From: a bacterium
Lineage (GTDB): Bacteria; UBA8248
Reading direction: 5' to 3'
Assembly: GCA_965199855.1 (NCBI GenBank)
Contig: OZ241326.1
Location: 2,240,001-2,304,000 of the forward strand
Length of the DNA stretch: 64,000 nt
Below the pieces are notes generated by a model. The model saw only the letters and a program-made list of their open reading frames with translations. It did no database searches and had not been told where the DNA came from. Shown here one piece after another: positions 56,595 through 64,000 of the stretch. The translations under genes were made by a program, and so were the position numbers. Every line of letters starts with the position of its first letter. Position 1 is the first letter of the stretch.

Positions 56595-57344
56595 TTGGAA
56601 TACTCGGGCCATCAGCTGCTCGCGGTGGGAATCGCCGCCTTCTGCGTGGGCTTTCTCAAGACCACCTTCAGCTCCGGCGTCGGCGTCTTCCTCGTCCCGG
56701 CCATGATCATGTTCTGGCCCACGCGCTTCATCATCGGAATCGTGGCCGTCGTCATGTGGGTGACGGATTTTTTCGCCGCCCCCATGTTCTGGAGGCAGTG
56801 GGAGGCGCGGTTTCTGCGCTTTCTCGTGCCGGGCTTCTACGCGGGCGTCGCCGTCGGCGTATTCGCGCTCGTGAACACGCCGGACTACTGGCTGAGAAAG
56901 GGAATCGGCCTCGCCTGCGTCTGCTTCGCCTCCCTGCTCGTCTGGCGCGAGCTCAGGGGGGAGATGAAGCCGCCGCCCGTCCACCCGGCGGTGGGGGTGG
57001 GCGTGGGCGTGGGCGGCGGAATCGTGAGCGCCATGTTCCACTCGGGCGGCCTGGTGCTGAGCCTCTTCTTCATCGGCCAGGGGCTTTCCAAGACGGCGGT
57101 GGTGGCGAGCATCATCATCACCTGGCTCTGGGTCAATCCCTTCAAGGTCGCCTCGCTCTGGGTCGGGGGCGTCGTGCGCGGCGAGATGATCATCGCGGGC
57201 CTCCTCGCCTTTCCCCTCGCCTGGGCCGGAAGCTGGTGCGGGCGCGCGACGCTCAGGAGAATCCCCCAGCGGGCGTTCACCCTCATCTTCCTGCTGCTCT
57301 CGCTCGTCACGGCGCTGCGCCTGCTCTCCGAGCCGAATCCGTGA
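56595..57344 (+). CDS. TauE/SafE (TSUP) family membrane transporter (copy 1)
   Basis: About 8 TM segments, GF.K...SSG.G, G..SA..HSGG. Confidence 0.8.
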   Translation: MEYSGHQLLAVGIAAFCVGFLKTTFSSGVGVFLVPAMIMFWPTRFIIGIVAVVMWVTDFFAAPMFWRQWEARFLRFLVPGFYAGVAVGVFALVNTPDYWLRKGIGLACVCFASLLVWRELRGEMKPPPVHPAVGVGVGVGGGIVSAMFHSGGLVLSLFFIGQGLSKTAVVASIIITWLWVNPFKVASLWVGGVVRGEMIIAGLLAFPLAWAGSWCGRATLRRIPQRAFTLIFLLLSLVTALRLLSEPNP

Positions 57345-58090
57345 CGCCCGACTTCTCCCTCCTCGAGTGGGCCTTCGCGCTGGCGGCGGCGTTCTGCAGC
57401 GGCTTCCTCGTGCGCACGTTCGGGGCGGGGGTGGGCCTTACCATCACGCCGTTCCTCATCCTCGCGTTCTCGCCCACCTTCTCGCTCGGCCTCATCGCGC
57501 TCCTCAGCTGCTGGTCGGGGCTGGGCGCCGTCCCCGACCTCTGGGGCAAGTGGAACCCGCGCTACGTCCTCCTCTTCGCCCCCGGCGTCCTGCTGGGAAT
57601 CGCCGGCGGCGTCTGGCTGCTCACCCTGCTTCCGGGGACGGGGCTGAAAATCCTCATCGGCGTCATCTGCCTCTGCCTCGCCTCCTGGCAGACGATCGTC
57701 GAAATCCGGGGGCGCCCCTTCGAGATTCCTCCCCTGCCCGCGTGGCAGGGGGCGGGCTTCGGCTTCATGAGCGGGCTCTGCTCCGCGCTCGCCAACAGCG
57801 GGGCGATCTTCCTCACCCCCGTCCTCATCAGCCAGAGGCTGGACAAGCGCGCCCTCGTCAGCACGATATGGATCCTCTACTCGGTGATGAACCCCATCAA
57901 GGTCGCCGCCTACTGGCGCGTCTCGGTCGTCACGGCGGACACCTTCTGGGCGAGCCTGGTCGGGCTTCCCGCGCTGTGGCTGGGGCTGAGGACGGGCGCC
58001 CGGGCGCAGGAGAGGCTGAGCGGGCGCGCCTTCAACCTGTGCGTGCTGGGCATCGCCCTGGGCGGCTCGATTCGCCTGCTGTTCGGCTGA
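57341..58090 (+). CDS. TauE/SafE (TSUP) family membrane transporter (copy 2)
   Basis: GTG start overlapping the previous stop (GTGA); SGF...FGAG.GL, SG..SALANSG. Confidence 0.8.
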   Translation: MTPDFSLLEWAFALAAAFCSGFLVRTFGAGVGLTITPFLILAFSPTFSLGLIALLSCWSGLGAVPDLWGKWNPRYVLLFAPGVLLGIAGGVWLLTLLPGTGLKILIGVICLCLASWQTIVEIRGRPFEIPPLPAWQGAGFGFMSGLCSALANSGAIFLTPVLISQRLDKRALVSTIWILYSVMNPIKVAAYWRVSVVTADTFWASLVGLPALWLGLRTGARAQERLSGRAFNLCVLGIALGGSIRLLFG

Positions 58091-58168
58091 AGGCCCGCGC
58101 CCCCGCGTCACGCGCGAGAACGCGATGGCGCTTTACGGGTTCGGGGAGCGAGGGGGGAGGAGAGATTT

Positions 58169-58197
58169 TTGACGGGGAAACATTCAGTTGGCATAAT
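58169..58197 (+). promoter_or_regulatory. Strong sigma70-type promoter of the ATPase-PIN cassette
   Basis: TTGACG-N17-CATAAT with an extended TG motif. Confidence 0.7.
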
Positions 58198-58281
58198 TGC
58201 TAAGGATTCGATTAAAGTAGCCGGAAGAATCCGACCCGTCAAGGCGAGGCTCTGCCGTCTCCGGTTGCTCATGGGGAGCGC

Positions 58282-59655
58282 GTGATGTTCAAGCATATCA
58301 ACCTCAAAAACTTCAAGGCGTGGCGGGAGCTCGACATCCCCCTAGGCCGGAGAATTACGGGACTTTTCGGGACCAACAGCTCGGGCAAGAGCAGCCTGAT
58401 CCAGTTCCTGCTCATGCTAAAAGAGACGAAGAACAACCCAGATCGCAACCTGGTCCTGGATTTCGGGGAATTCGGCGAGTTGATTAATCTGGGCAGCTTC
58501 GGCGACGTCATCCACGGAAAAGACGAAAAGCAGAAACTGGAATGGCGTTTGGATTGGAATGCCAAGGAGGAGGTCAAACTCCAAGATACCACCAAGGGCC
58601 GAAACAAAAACCTGGTTTCTTCCAAAGAGCTTTCAACAGAATCAGCTGTGACAATGCCGAAAGGGTCAAAGTCTCCGAAAACCCTGTTCATCAAATACGC
58701 AATCGGAGATATGACTTTCAAAATCGAGACGAAAGCTAAGCAGGAAAGCAGTTTTCGCCTTAGCTCATCCGGCTCGGATTTCGAGTTCCGCCGAATCCAG
58801 GGCAGGCCCTGGCAACTGCCCGGCCCCATTAAAACACATCTATTTCCCGACCAAGCGAAAACGTATCACCAGAATGCCGATTTACTAAGCGATCTGGAGG
58901 TAGCGTACGAAAAACTGTTTGATAGCGTTTTCTATCTCGGCCCGCTCCGAGAATATCCACACCGGCAATACAACTGGAGTGGCGGCAGTCCTCTCGACGT
59001 AGGCGTTCGAGGCGAACTCACCATGAACGCGATCCTCGCCGCATCGGAAAATGGAAGCGACTATCAGATGAGAAAAAGGGGCAGAAAACGCTCTTTTCAG
59101 GAAGTAGTCGCCATGAGACTTCAGGAAGTGGGGCTCGTCCATTCCTTTTCGGTAGCCGAAATCGCCAAGGGCTCCAACATCTACCAAGCGAAGGTGTCGG
59201 TGAAAAAAGAGAGCCCGGAAGTCCTTTTGACGGACGTGGGCTTCGGCGTATCCCAGGTTCTTCCGGCCGTCGTACTCCTGAATTATGTCCCGAAAAATTC
59301 TACGGTCATCCTTGAGCAACCGGAAATTCACCTGCATCCCAGGGTTCAAAGCGAGGTGGCGGACGCTATCATCGCCATTGCCGAAACGAGGGATTTACAA
59401 GTGATCGTAGAAAGCCACAGCGAGCACATTCTGCGCCGGCTTCAGCGGCGGGTGGCCGACGAAACCATACAGGCGGACTTGGTGAAACTCTATTTCGTAT
59501 CGCAGGAGAACGGCGAGGCGCGCCTTTCGGACATCGGCCTGAACGAATACGGAGAAATACAGAACTGGCCTGAGCATTTCTTCGGCGACGATATGGAGGA
59601 AATCTCGGAGACCAGAAAGGCCGCTCTGAAGCGCAGAATGGCCGCCGGGCAATGA
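58282..59655 (+). CDS. ABC/SMC-like ATPase (AAA_15/AAA_21) with a DUF3696-like C-terminus
   Basis: I.LKNFK, Walker A GTNSSGKS, DVGFGVSQ, Walker B VILEQPEIHLHP, VESHS, G.I.NWP..FF. Confidence 0.9.
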   Translation: MMFKHINLKNFKAWRELDIPLGRRITGLFGTNSSGKSSLIQFLLMLKETKNNPDRNLVLDFGEFGELINLGSFGDVIHGKDEKQKLEWRLDWNAKEEVKLQDTTKGRNKNLVSSKELSTESAVTMPKGSKSPKTLFIKYAIGDMTFKIETKAKQESSFRLSSSGSDFEFRRIQGRPWQLPGPIKTHLFPDQAKTYHQNADLLSDLEVAYEKLFDSVFYLGPLREYPHRQYNWSGGSPLDVGVRGELTMNAILAASENGSDYQMRKRGRKRSFQEVVAMRLQEVGLVHSFSVAEIAKGSNIYQAKVSVKKESPEVLLTDVGFGVSQVLPAVVLLNYVPKNSTVILEQPEIHLHPRVQSEVADAIIAIAETRDLQVIVESHSEHILRRLQRRVADETIQADLVKLYFVSQENGEARLSDIGLNEYGEIQNWPEHFFGDDMEEISETRKAALKRRMAAGQ

Positions 59656-60143
59656 CGGACAGGTTTGTCATTGACACCAACGTCTTGGTCGTGGCGAACG
59701 GAAAGAGTCGTCAAGCCGATCCCAAATGCCAAATCGCTTGTATCGAGATGTTGGAGGGAGCTACCAAAGGGAAACGGGTTGCTCTCATCGACACCTGCAA
59801 TCTCATCATGGATGAGTACAAACTTCATTGCAGCTTTGCGGGAGAACCCGGCCCCGGGAACGCCTTCTTCAAGTTCCTGCATGACAACGAGTTTTCACAA
59901 AACAGCGTCATTCCCGTCCCGGTTCAAAAAACGCCGGACAAGGCCGGTGGATTCTCGAACCTTCCCCCGAACAAACTCGACAGGAGCGACAGGAAATTTC
60001 TGGCCGTCGCAAAGGCAGGGAGCGGGCGAATCGTCAACGCCACGGATTCGGACTGGTCGCAACATGCCGAGTTCATCGCCTCCGTCGGCGTCCAAGTCCG
60101 CGAACTCTGCCCGCAATGTCTGAAACAAAATGAGATAGGATAG
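59652..60143 (+). CDS. PIN-domain ribonuclease-like protein
   Basis: FVIDTNVL, IMDEY, DRSDRKFLAVA, NATDSDW acidic PIN active-site pattern. ATGA overlap with the ATPase gene. Confidence 0.82.
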   Translation: MTDRFVIDTNVLVVANGKSRQADPKCQIACIEMLEGATKGKRVALIDTCNLIMDEYKLHCSFAGEPGPGNAFFKFLHDNEFSQNSVIPVPVQKTPDKAGGFSNLPPNKLDRSDRKFLAVAKAGSGRIVNATDSDWSQHAEFIASVGVQVRELCPQCLKQNEIG

Positions 60144-60437
60144 AAACCAAACGTCGTAATCTTCGTTTTCCATCCCCCCCCGCAATCAGCCGAAAGAGGC
60201 GCTCTTTCCGGCGCGTTGTCCGCCATCCGGCTGAAACCTTGCGTTTTTCCCATGCGTCCGCGCGGTGCGCATTTGCCCGCATTTGCGCGTTGCGCGCCGT
60301 AAAGCCGATGCGTCAGAATCCCGCGCGTGAGGGCCGGAGAGAATTCTCCCGCCGTTCCCGGAGGATGGGACGACGTATTCAACGCGCGTGAAACAGATAT
60401 GGCGGCGCGAATGAAAATCATCCCGCATTTCTGCAAA

Positions 60438-60483
60438 TTCAGACAAATTCACAGCTGTTTCAAAGCTTTTTCAGACAAATTCA
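60438..60483. repeat. 14-bp direct repeat TTCAGACAAATTCA, two copies
   Basis: Copies at 60438-60451 and 60470-60483; the core CAAATTCA also occurs at 60434-60441. Confidence 0.8.
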
Positions 60484-60580
60484 TGGCCCTTTCACAACCT
60501 TTTTCGGCGCGGGGAAAAGGCGGAAGGAGGCTTTCGTCATCCCCATAAGCGTTTGATATGTGAAGGGATGGGCGGATTTC

Positions 60581-61453
60581 TCAGGATTCGGAGTTGACGA
60601 GGTAGATGCCCGCCGAAATCAGCGCCGCGCCGCCGAGCATGAGAATCGTCAACGGCTCGGCGAGCAGCAGCGCGCCCAGAAAGACGCCGAAAACGGGTGT
60701 GAGGAACATGAAAGCGCTCACGCGGCCCGCCGGGTAGTCCTTGAGCAGCCACAGCCAGGGAATCATGGCGAGGCCGGTGCCGATGACGCCGTTGTAGCCC
60801 ACGCCCAGAAGCACGTTGGCGTCCCCCAGGTCGGGCCAGGGCTCCCCCCGGAGCGAGGCGATGAGGAAAAAGGGCGGGACGGCGAGCGCCTGCGTCCAGG
60901 CGGTGATCCGGAAGGCGTCGAAGCTCCTGAGCCGCGTCTTGAGAAACACCGACTGCGCCGCCCACAGGACGGCCGCCAGGATGACGATGACGTCGCCCAG
61001 CCAGGTGGAGCCGCCGGCGGAGGAGAGCTTGTCGCCGAACAGGAGCGCCATGCCGAGGCTCGCCGCCCCGAACCCCGCTACGGCGCGCGCGCCCACCCGC
61101 TCCTGGGGGAGAATCCACGCCGCCAGCCCCGTGAGAATCAGCGGCTGGGCGTAGAGGAACAGCGAGGCGCGCCCGGCGGTGGTGTGGTGCACGCCGTGAT
61201 AGTAGGTGAGAAACATGAGGTTGTGCAGGCAGGCGTTGATCCAGAAATCGGCGTTTTCCCGCCCTCCGCCCAGGCGCGGCGGCTGAACGGGCATCTTCCG
61301 CAGGAGCATGACCGCAAAGACGATTCCCGCCGAGCACAGCCCCCTCAGCCAGAGAAACGTGAAGGGCTCCACCCCGCGCAGGCCGACCTTCGCCGCCGGA
61401 AAGCTCAGCCCCCAGAGGAAGGTGACGGAGAAAATCAGGACGAAAAACCGCAA
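60581..61453 (-). CDS. DMT/EamA family transporter
   Basis: TFLWGLSFPAAKVG, Y.QPL, FLTPVFGV.LG.LLL.E. TTG start with GGAG 7 nt upstream. Confidence 0.9.
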   Translation of the reverse strand: MRFFVLIFSVTFLWGLSFPAAKVGLRGVEPFTFLWLRGLCSAGIVFAVMLLRKMPVQPPRLGGGRENADFWINACLHNLMFLTYYHGVHHTTAGRASLFLYAQPLILTGLAAWILPQERVGARAVAGFGAASLGMALLFGDKLSSAGGSTWLGDVIVILAAVLWAAQSVFLKTRLRSFDAFRITAWTQALAVPPFFLIASLRGEPWPDLGDANVLLGVGYNGVIGTGLAMIPWLWLLKDYPAGRVSAFMFLTPVFGVFLGALLLAEPLTILMLGGAALISAGIYLVNSES

Positions 61454-61529
61454 CGCTCATCTCCGCCTTGAACGAATCCGCCGCGCGCCGGGAAGCGGGC
61501 GGAGGGCGAAACCCGCCGGACCGCCGCCT

Positions 61530-62153
61530 TCAGCCCTCGGATTCCATTTTGCGGGGAAACGGCTCGAGAGCCTTCAAGTCCACCTTCTGCTCCAGTTCGT
61601 CGTGGCAGGCGTCGCAGCGCGGCTGCGCCGTCGCCGCCACGAGGAAAGCCTTCTCCCGCGCCCCGCCCATCCGGTGGCCGTTGTGGCACTGCACGCAGTC
61701 CGCCTTGAGCTCCGCGTGGTCCGAGATGGCGTGAAAGGCGCCGTCGGCCAGCGCCAGCAGGCGCGCCTCGTCGTGGCACTTGACGCAGTCCTTGTCGGGA
61801 ATGGGGTGAAACACGCGTGAGGGCTGCTCGAAGTCGCCGATGACGAACTTGTAGAGATCCTTGCCCGCCAGAAGCGTCGTGCGGATCATCCCCGCGATCC
61901 CCTCCTCCCCGTGGCAGGAGATGCACCGCGCCGCGTCCGCGCCCTTGTGCCAGCCGGCCAGCGTCCGCGTCCGCGCCTTCGGGCGCATCCCGTCGTCGAG
62001 ATAATCCTGGTGATCCCGGAGATGGCAGGCCGTGCAGAAGGGATCGTAGGATTCCACGGCGCGAATCCCATGCAGTCCGCCCAAGCCGAGCAGCGGAGAG
62101 AGCGCGGCCGCGAGAATCAGCCATTTCCACCAACGCCCCCGCGCGCTTCGCAT
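61530..62153 (-). CDS. Membrane-anchored multiheme cytochrome c (NapC/NirT/NrfH-like), five CxxCH motifs
   Basis: N-terminal TM helix; CTACH, CISCH, CVKCH, CVQCH, CDACH. Confidence 0.88.
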   Translation of the reverse strand: MRSARGRWWKWLILAAALSPLLGLGGLHGIRAVESYDPFCTACHLRDHQDYLDDGMRPKARTRTLAGWHKGADAARCISCHGEEGIAGMIRTTLLAGKDLYKFVIGDFEQPSRVFHPIPDKDCVKCHDEARLLALADGAFHAISDHAELKADCVQCHNGHRMGGAREKAFLVAATAQPRCDACHDELEQKVDLKALEPFPRKMESEG

Positions 62154-62283
62154 TCAGGCTCCCCTCGGCGCGGACGCGCCGGCGTCCGTCCCGCCCGTCC
62201 GCCGGGACGAATGAACCTCCCTCCATCTTCCGCATTATAGCGCGATTTGCTAGGATGCGCCGTGAACGAGGGAGGCCGCGCCG

Positions 62284-62646
62284 ATGGCGAGAACGAGATT
62301 CAGCGCGAAAAGACGCCGCCCGGGACGCGGGAGCGCCCCCGCTCCCCCCGCCGGCTCCGCCGAAAGCGCGAGACGGATCGCCGCGCGCCTCAAGTCCTCG
62401 GCGAGCGTGGGCAGGAGCGCACGGGACTACCGCCGCAGGTCGCTCGAGATTCACGGCTGGTTCTGCGCCAAGTGCGGCCGGGACTTCGACGAGAGCAATC
62501 TCCACGCCCTCACGGTTCATCACAGGGACGGCGATCACAGGAACAACCCGCCGGACGGAAGCAACTGGGAGAACCTCTGCGTGGACTGCCATGAGGACGA
62601 GCACTCGCGCGACATGCTCGGCCGCTATCTGAGCGGCGAGCACTGA
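62284..62646 (+). CDS. YajD-family HNH nuclease
   Basis: YR..SL......CAKCGR.F...NL..LTVHHRDGDH.NNPPDGSNWENLC..CH..EHSR. Confidence 0.88.
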   Translation: MARTRFSAKRRRPGRGSAPAPPAGSAESARRIAARLKSSASVGRSARDYRRRSLEIHGWFCAKCGRDFDESNLHALTVHHRDGDHRNNPPDGSNWENLCVDCHEDEHSRDMLGRYLSGEH

Positions 62647-62661
62647 AAAGCGCCGTCTTCG

Positions 62662-63954
62662 ATGATCCTCTCGGTAAAGCCCTCCTCCGCCAGGGGAGCG
62701 GCCGGCGTCCCCGGCTCGAAATCCCACTCCATCCGCGCCGTCGCCCTCGCGTCGCTGGCCTCGGGCGAGAGCGCGATATTCAACCCCCCGGATTCCTCGG
62801 ACGGCCTCTCGGCCGCGCGCGTCTATGAGAGCCTGGGCGCCGAAATCCACAAAGAGAAAGAGGTCTGGCGCGTCAGGGGCTTCGGCGCGCGGCCTGGGGC
62901 GCCGCGCGGGGTTCTCGACGTGGGAAATTCGGGAACCACCTGCCGGATGGCGCTCGGAACGGCCGCGCTCCTGCGCGAGGGCGAGGCCCGCTTCGACGGC
63001 GACGCCCAGACCAGAAAGCGCCCGATGGGGCCGCTGCTCGAGGCGCTCTCCAACCTGGGCGCGAAGGCGGAGGCGAACAACGGCCTCCTCCCCGCCTCGG
63101 TGCGCGGCCCATGGCGCGGCGGTCGGACGAGGGTGGACGGGACGACCAGCCAGTTCACCTCCTCCCTGCTGCTGAACGCGCCCTTCGGGGAGGGCGCGAG
63201 CGTCGTCGAGCCGATCGGCCTGAACGAGCGCCCCTACGTCGAGATGACGCTCTGGTGGCTGGATCGCCTGGGTCTCGAATATGAGCGGGATGAATGCCGG
63301 AGCTTCGCGATCCCCGGCGGACAGGCGCTGTCGGGGTTCGAGATAGCCGTCCCCGCCGACTGGAGTTCCGCCGCCTTTCTCGCGGCCGCGGGCGCGCTTC
63401 CGGGCGGGGACGTCGCCCTCGAGGGCCTGGACATGGACGACCCGCAGGGCGACAGGGAAATTCTCCGGTTCCTGGAGGAGATGGGCGCGGAGGTCTCCGC
63501 CACGGAGGCGGGCGTCAGAGTCCGCGCGCGGGCGCTGCGCGGCGGAGAGTTCGACCTGAACGCCACGCCGGATCTCCTGCCCGTCATGGCCGTCCTCGGA
63601 GGGTTCGCGGATGGGGAGACCAGGCTCCTGAACGCGCCCCAGGCGCGCATCAAGGAGACGGACAGAATCTCCGCCATGCGGAAAGTCATCGAAGCCCTGG
63701 GCGGCGAGGCGAGAGAGCTGGCGGACGGCCTCGTCGTGCGGGGGGGCGGGCTGCGGGGCGGGGCGGTTCACGGCTTCGGCGATCACCGCGTCGTCATGGC
63801 CGCCGCCGTCGCCGGGCTCGCCGCTCCCGAGGGGGCGTCTGTGGACACGGCCGAAGCGATGGCGGTAACCTTCCCCGATTTTCGCGAGCGCATGGCCGCG
63901 CTGGGCGCCGAGATGGAAGCGAGGGATTCGCCCGATGCCGATCTACGAGTATGA
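62662..63954 (+). CDS. aroA: 3-phosphoshikimate 1-carboxyvinyltransferase (EPSP synthase)
   Basis: PGSKS, GNSGTT.R, RPM..L, SQF.SSLL, D.SSA, R.KETDRI, DHR..MA. Confidence 0.96.
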   Translation: MILSVKPSSARGAAGVPGSKSHSIRAVALASLASGESAIFNPPDSSDGLSAARVYESLGAEIHKEKEVWRVRGFGARPGAPRGVLDVGNSGTTCRMALGTAALLREGEARFDGDAQTRKRPMGPLLEALSNLGAKAEANNGLLPASVRGPWRGGRTRVDGTTSQFTSSLLLNAPFGEGASVVEPIGLNERPYVEMTLWWLDRLGLEYERDECRSFAIPGGQALSGFEIAVPADWSSAAFLAAAGALPGGDVALEGLDMDDPQGDREILRFLEEMGAEVSATEAGVRVRARALRGGEFDLNATPDLLPVMAVLGGFADGETRLLNAPQARIKETDRISAMRKVIEALGGEARELADGLVVRGGGLRGGAVHGFGDHRVVMAAAVAGLAAPEGASVDTAEAMAVTFPDFRERMAALGAEMEARDSPDADLRV

Positions 63955-64000
63955 ATGCAGGGGGTGCGGCTTCATTTCCGGGCACCTGGTGATGAAGCCC
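63935..64000 (+). CDS. FmdB-family zinc-ribbon protein (5' fragment, runs off the window)
   Basis: MPIYEYECRGCG N-terminal signature, overlapping the aroA end. Confidence 0.8.
   Translation, partial: MPIYEYECRGCGFISGHLVMKP

Noticed and set aside
60434-60483. Mini CRISPR array
   Set aside because: Only two 14-bp copies with an 18-bp gap. This is too short, and there are no cas genes in the window.
33950-60580. Shared terminal motif at the islet ends next to EamA stop codons (about 33975-34008 and 60560-60580)
   Set aside because: The similarity is limited to short words (AAGGG...GATTTC), which is not enough to call attachment sites.
61443-61460. Possible frameshift in a T5 run at the start of the EamA gene (ATG 61460 is out of frame)
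   Set aside because: The in-frame TTG at 61453 has GGAG at ideal 7-nt spacing, so no frameshift is needed.
62284-62646. HNH gene as a mobile or defence element
   Set aside because: It matches the conserved chromosomal YajD family, has host-like codon usage and is co-oriented with aroA.
142-63992. Many long ORFs antisense to or overlapping real genes (e.g. 4152-7697 +, 12338-14944 -, 35145-37541 +, 41783-44659 +, 61435-63786 -)
   Set aside because: These are Arg/Gly/Pro/Ala-rich shadow frames expected in very GC-rich DNA. They have no family motifs and each overlaps a well-supported gene.
1-64000. tRNA (including tRNA-Sec), rRNA, IS elements, integrases
   Set aside because: I found no cloverleaf/T-loop signatures, transposase or recombinase motifs by eye. 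A tRNAscan-SE or ISEScan run would be needed to exclude them formally.

Overview
High-GC bacterial chromosomal segment with no rRNA, tRNA, CRISPR array, integrase or transposase that I can detect. Housekeeping genes (pyrB, pyrR, two PPIases, mfd, a RodZ-like gene, aroF, pdxA-like, CCA enzyme, aroA) alternate with many catabolic genes, often as tandem paralog pairs, and four short AT-richer islets. The main signal is a selenium-centred gene block at 15.0-22.9 kb. It contains a selenoprotein that the ORF track splits in two (in-frame UGA in a U-G-S-C motif, with a perfect 9-bp hairpin starting 11 nt downstream) and its conserved partner. These are followed by Rid-yqeB-[CbbQ/NorQ-type AAA+]-[VWA]-yqeC-xdhC, where an AAA+/VWA chaperone pair is translationally coupled between the two marker genes for selenium-dependent molybdenum hydroxylase maturation. 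Other notable elements are an unannotated Phe-rich leader peptide attenuator ([21 protein letters not shown]) upstream of aroF, a canonical PyrR attenuator plus a second divergent pyrR, an ABC-type ATPase (DUF3696-like) + PIN cassette that may be a defence module, and two islet genes interrupted by in-frame stops. All family calls come from motif recognition by eye; no database searches were run.
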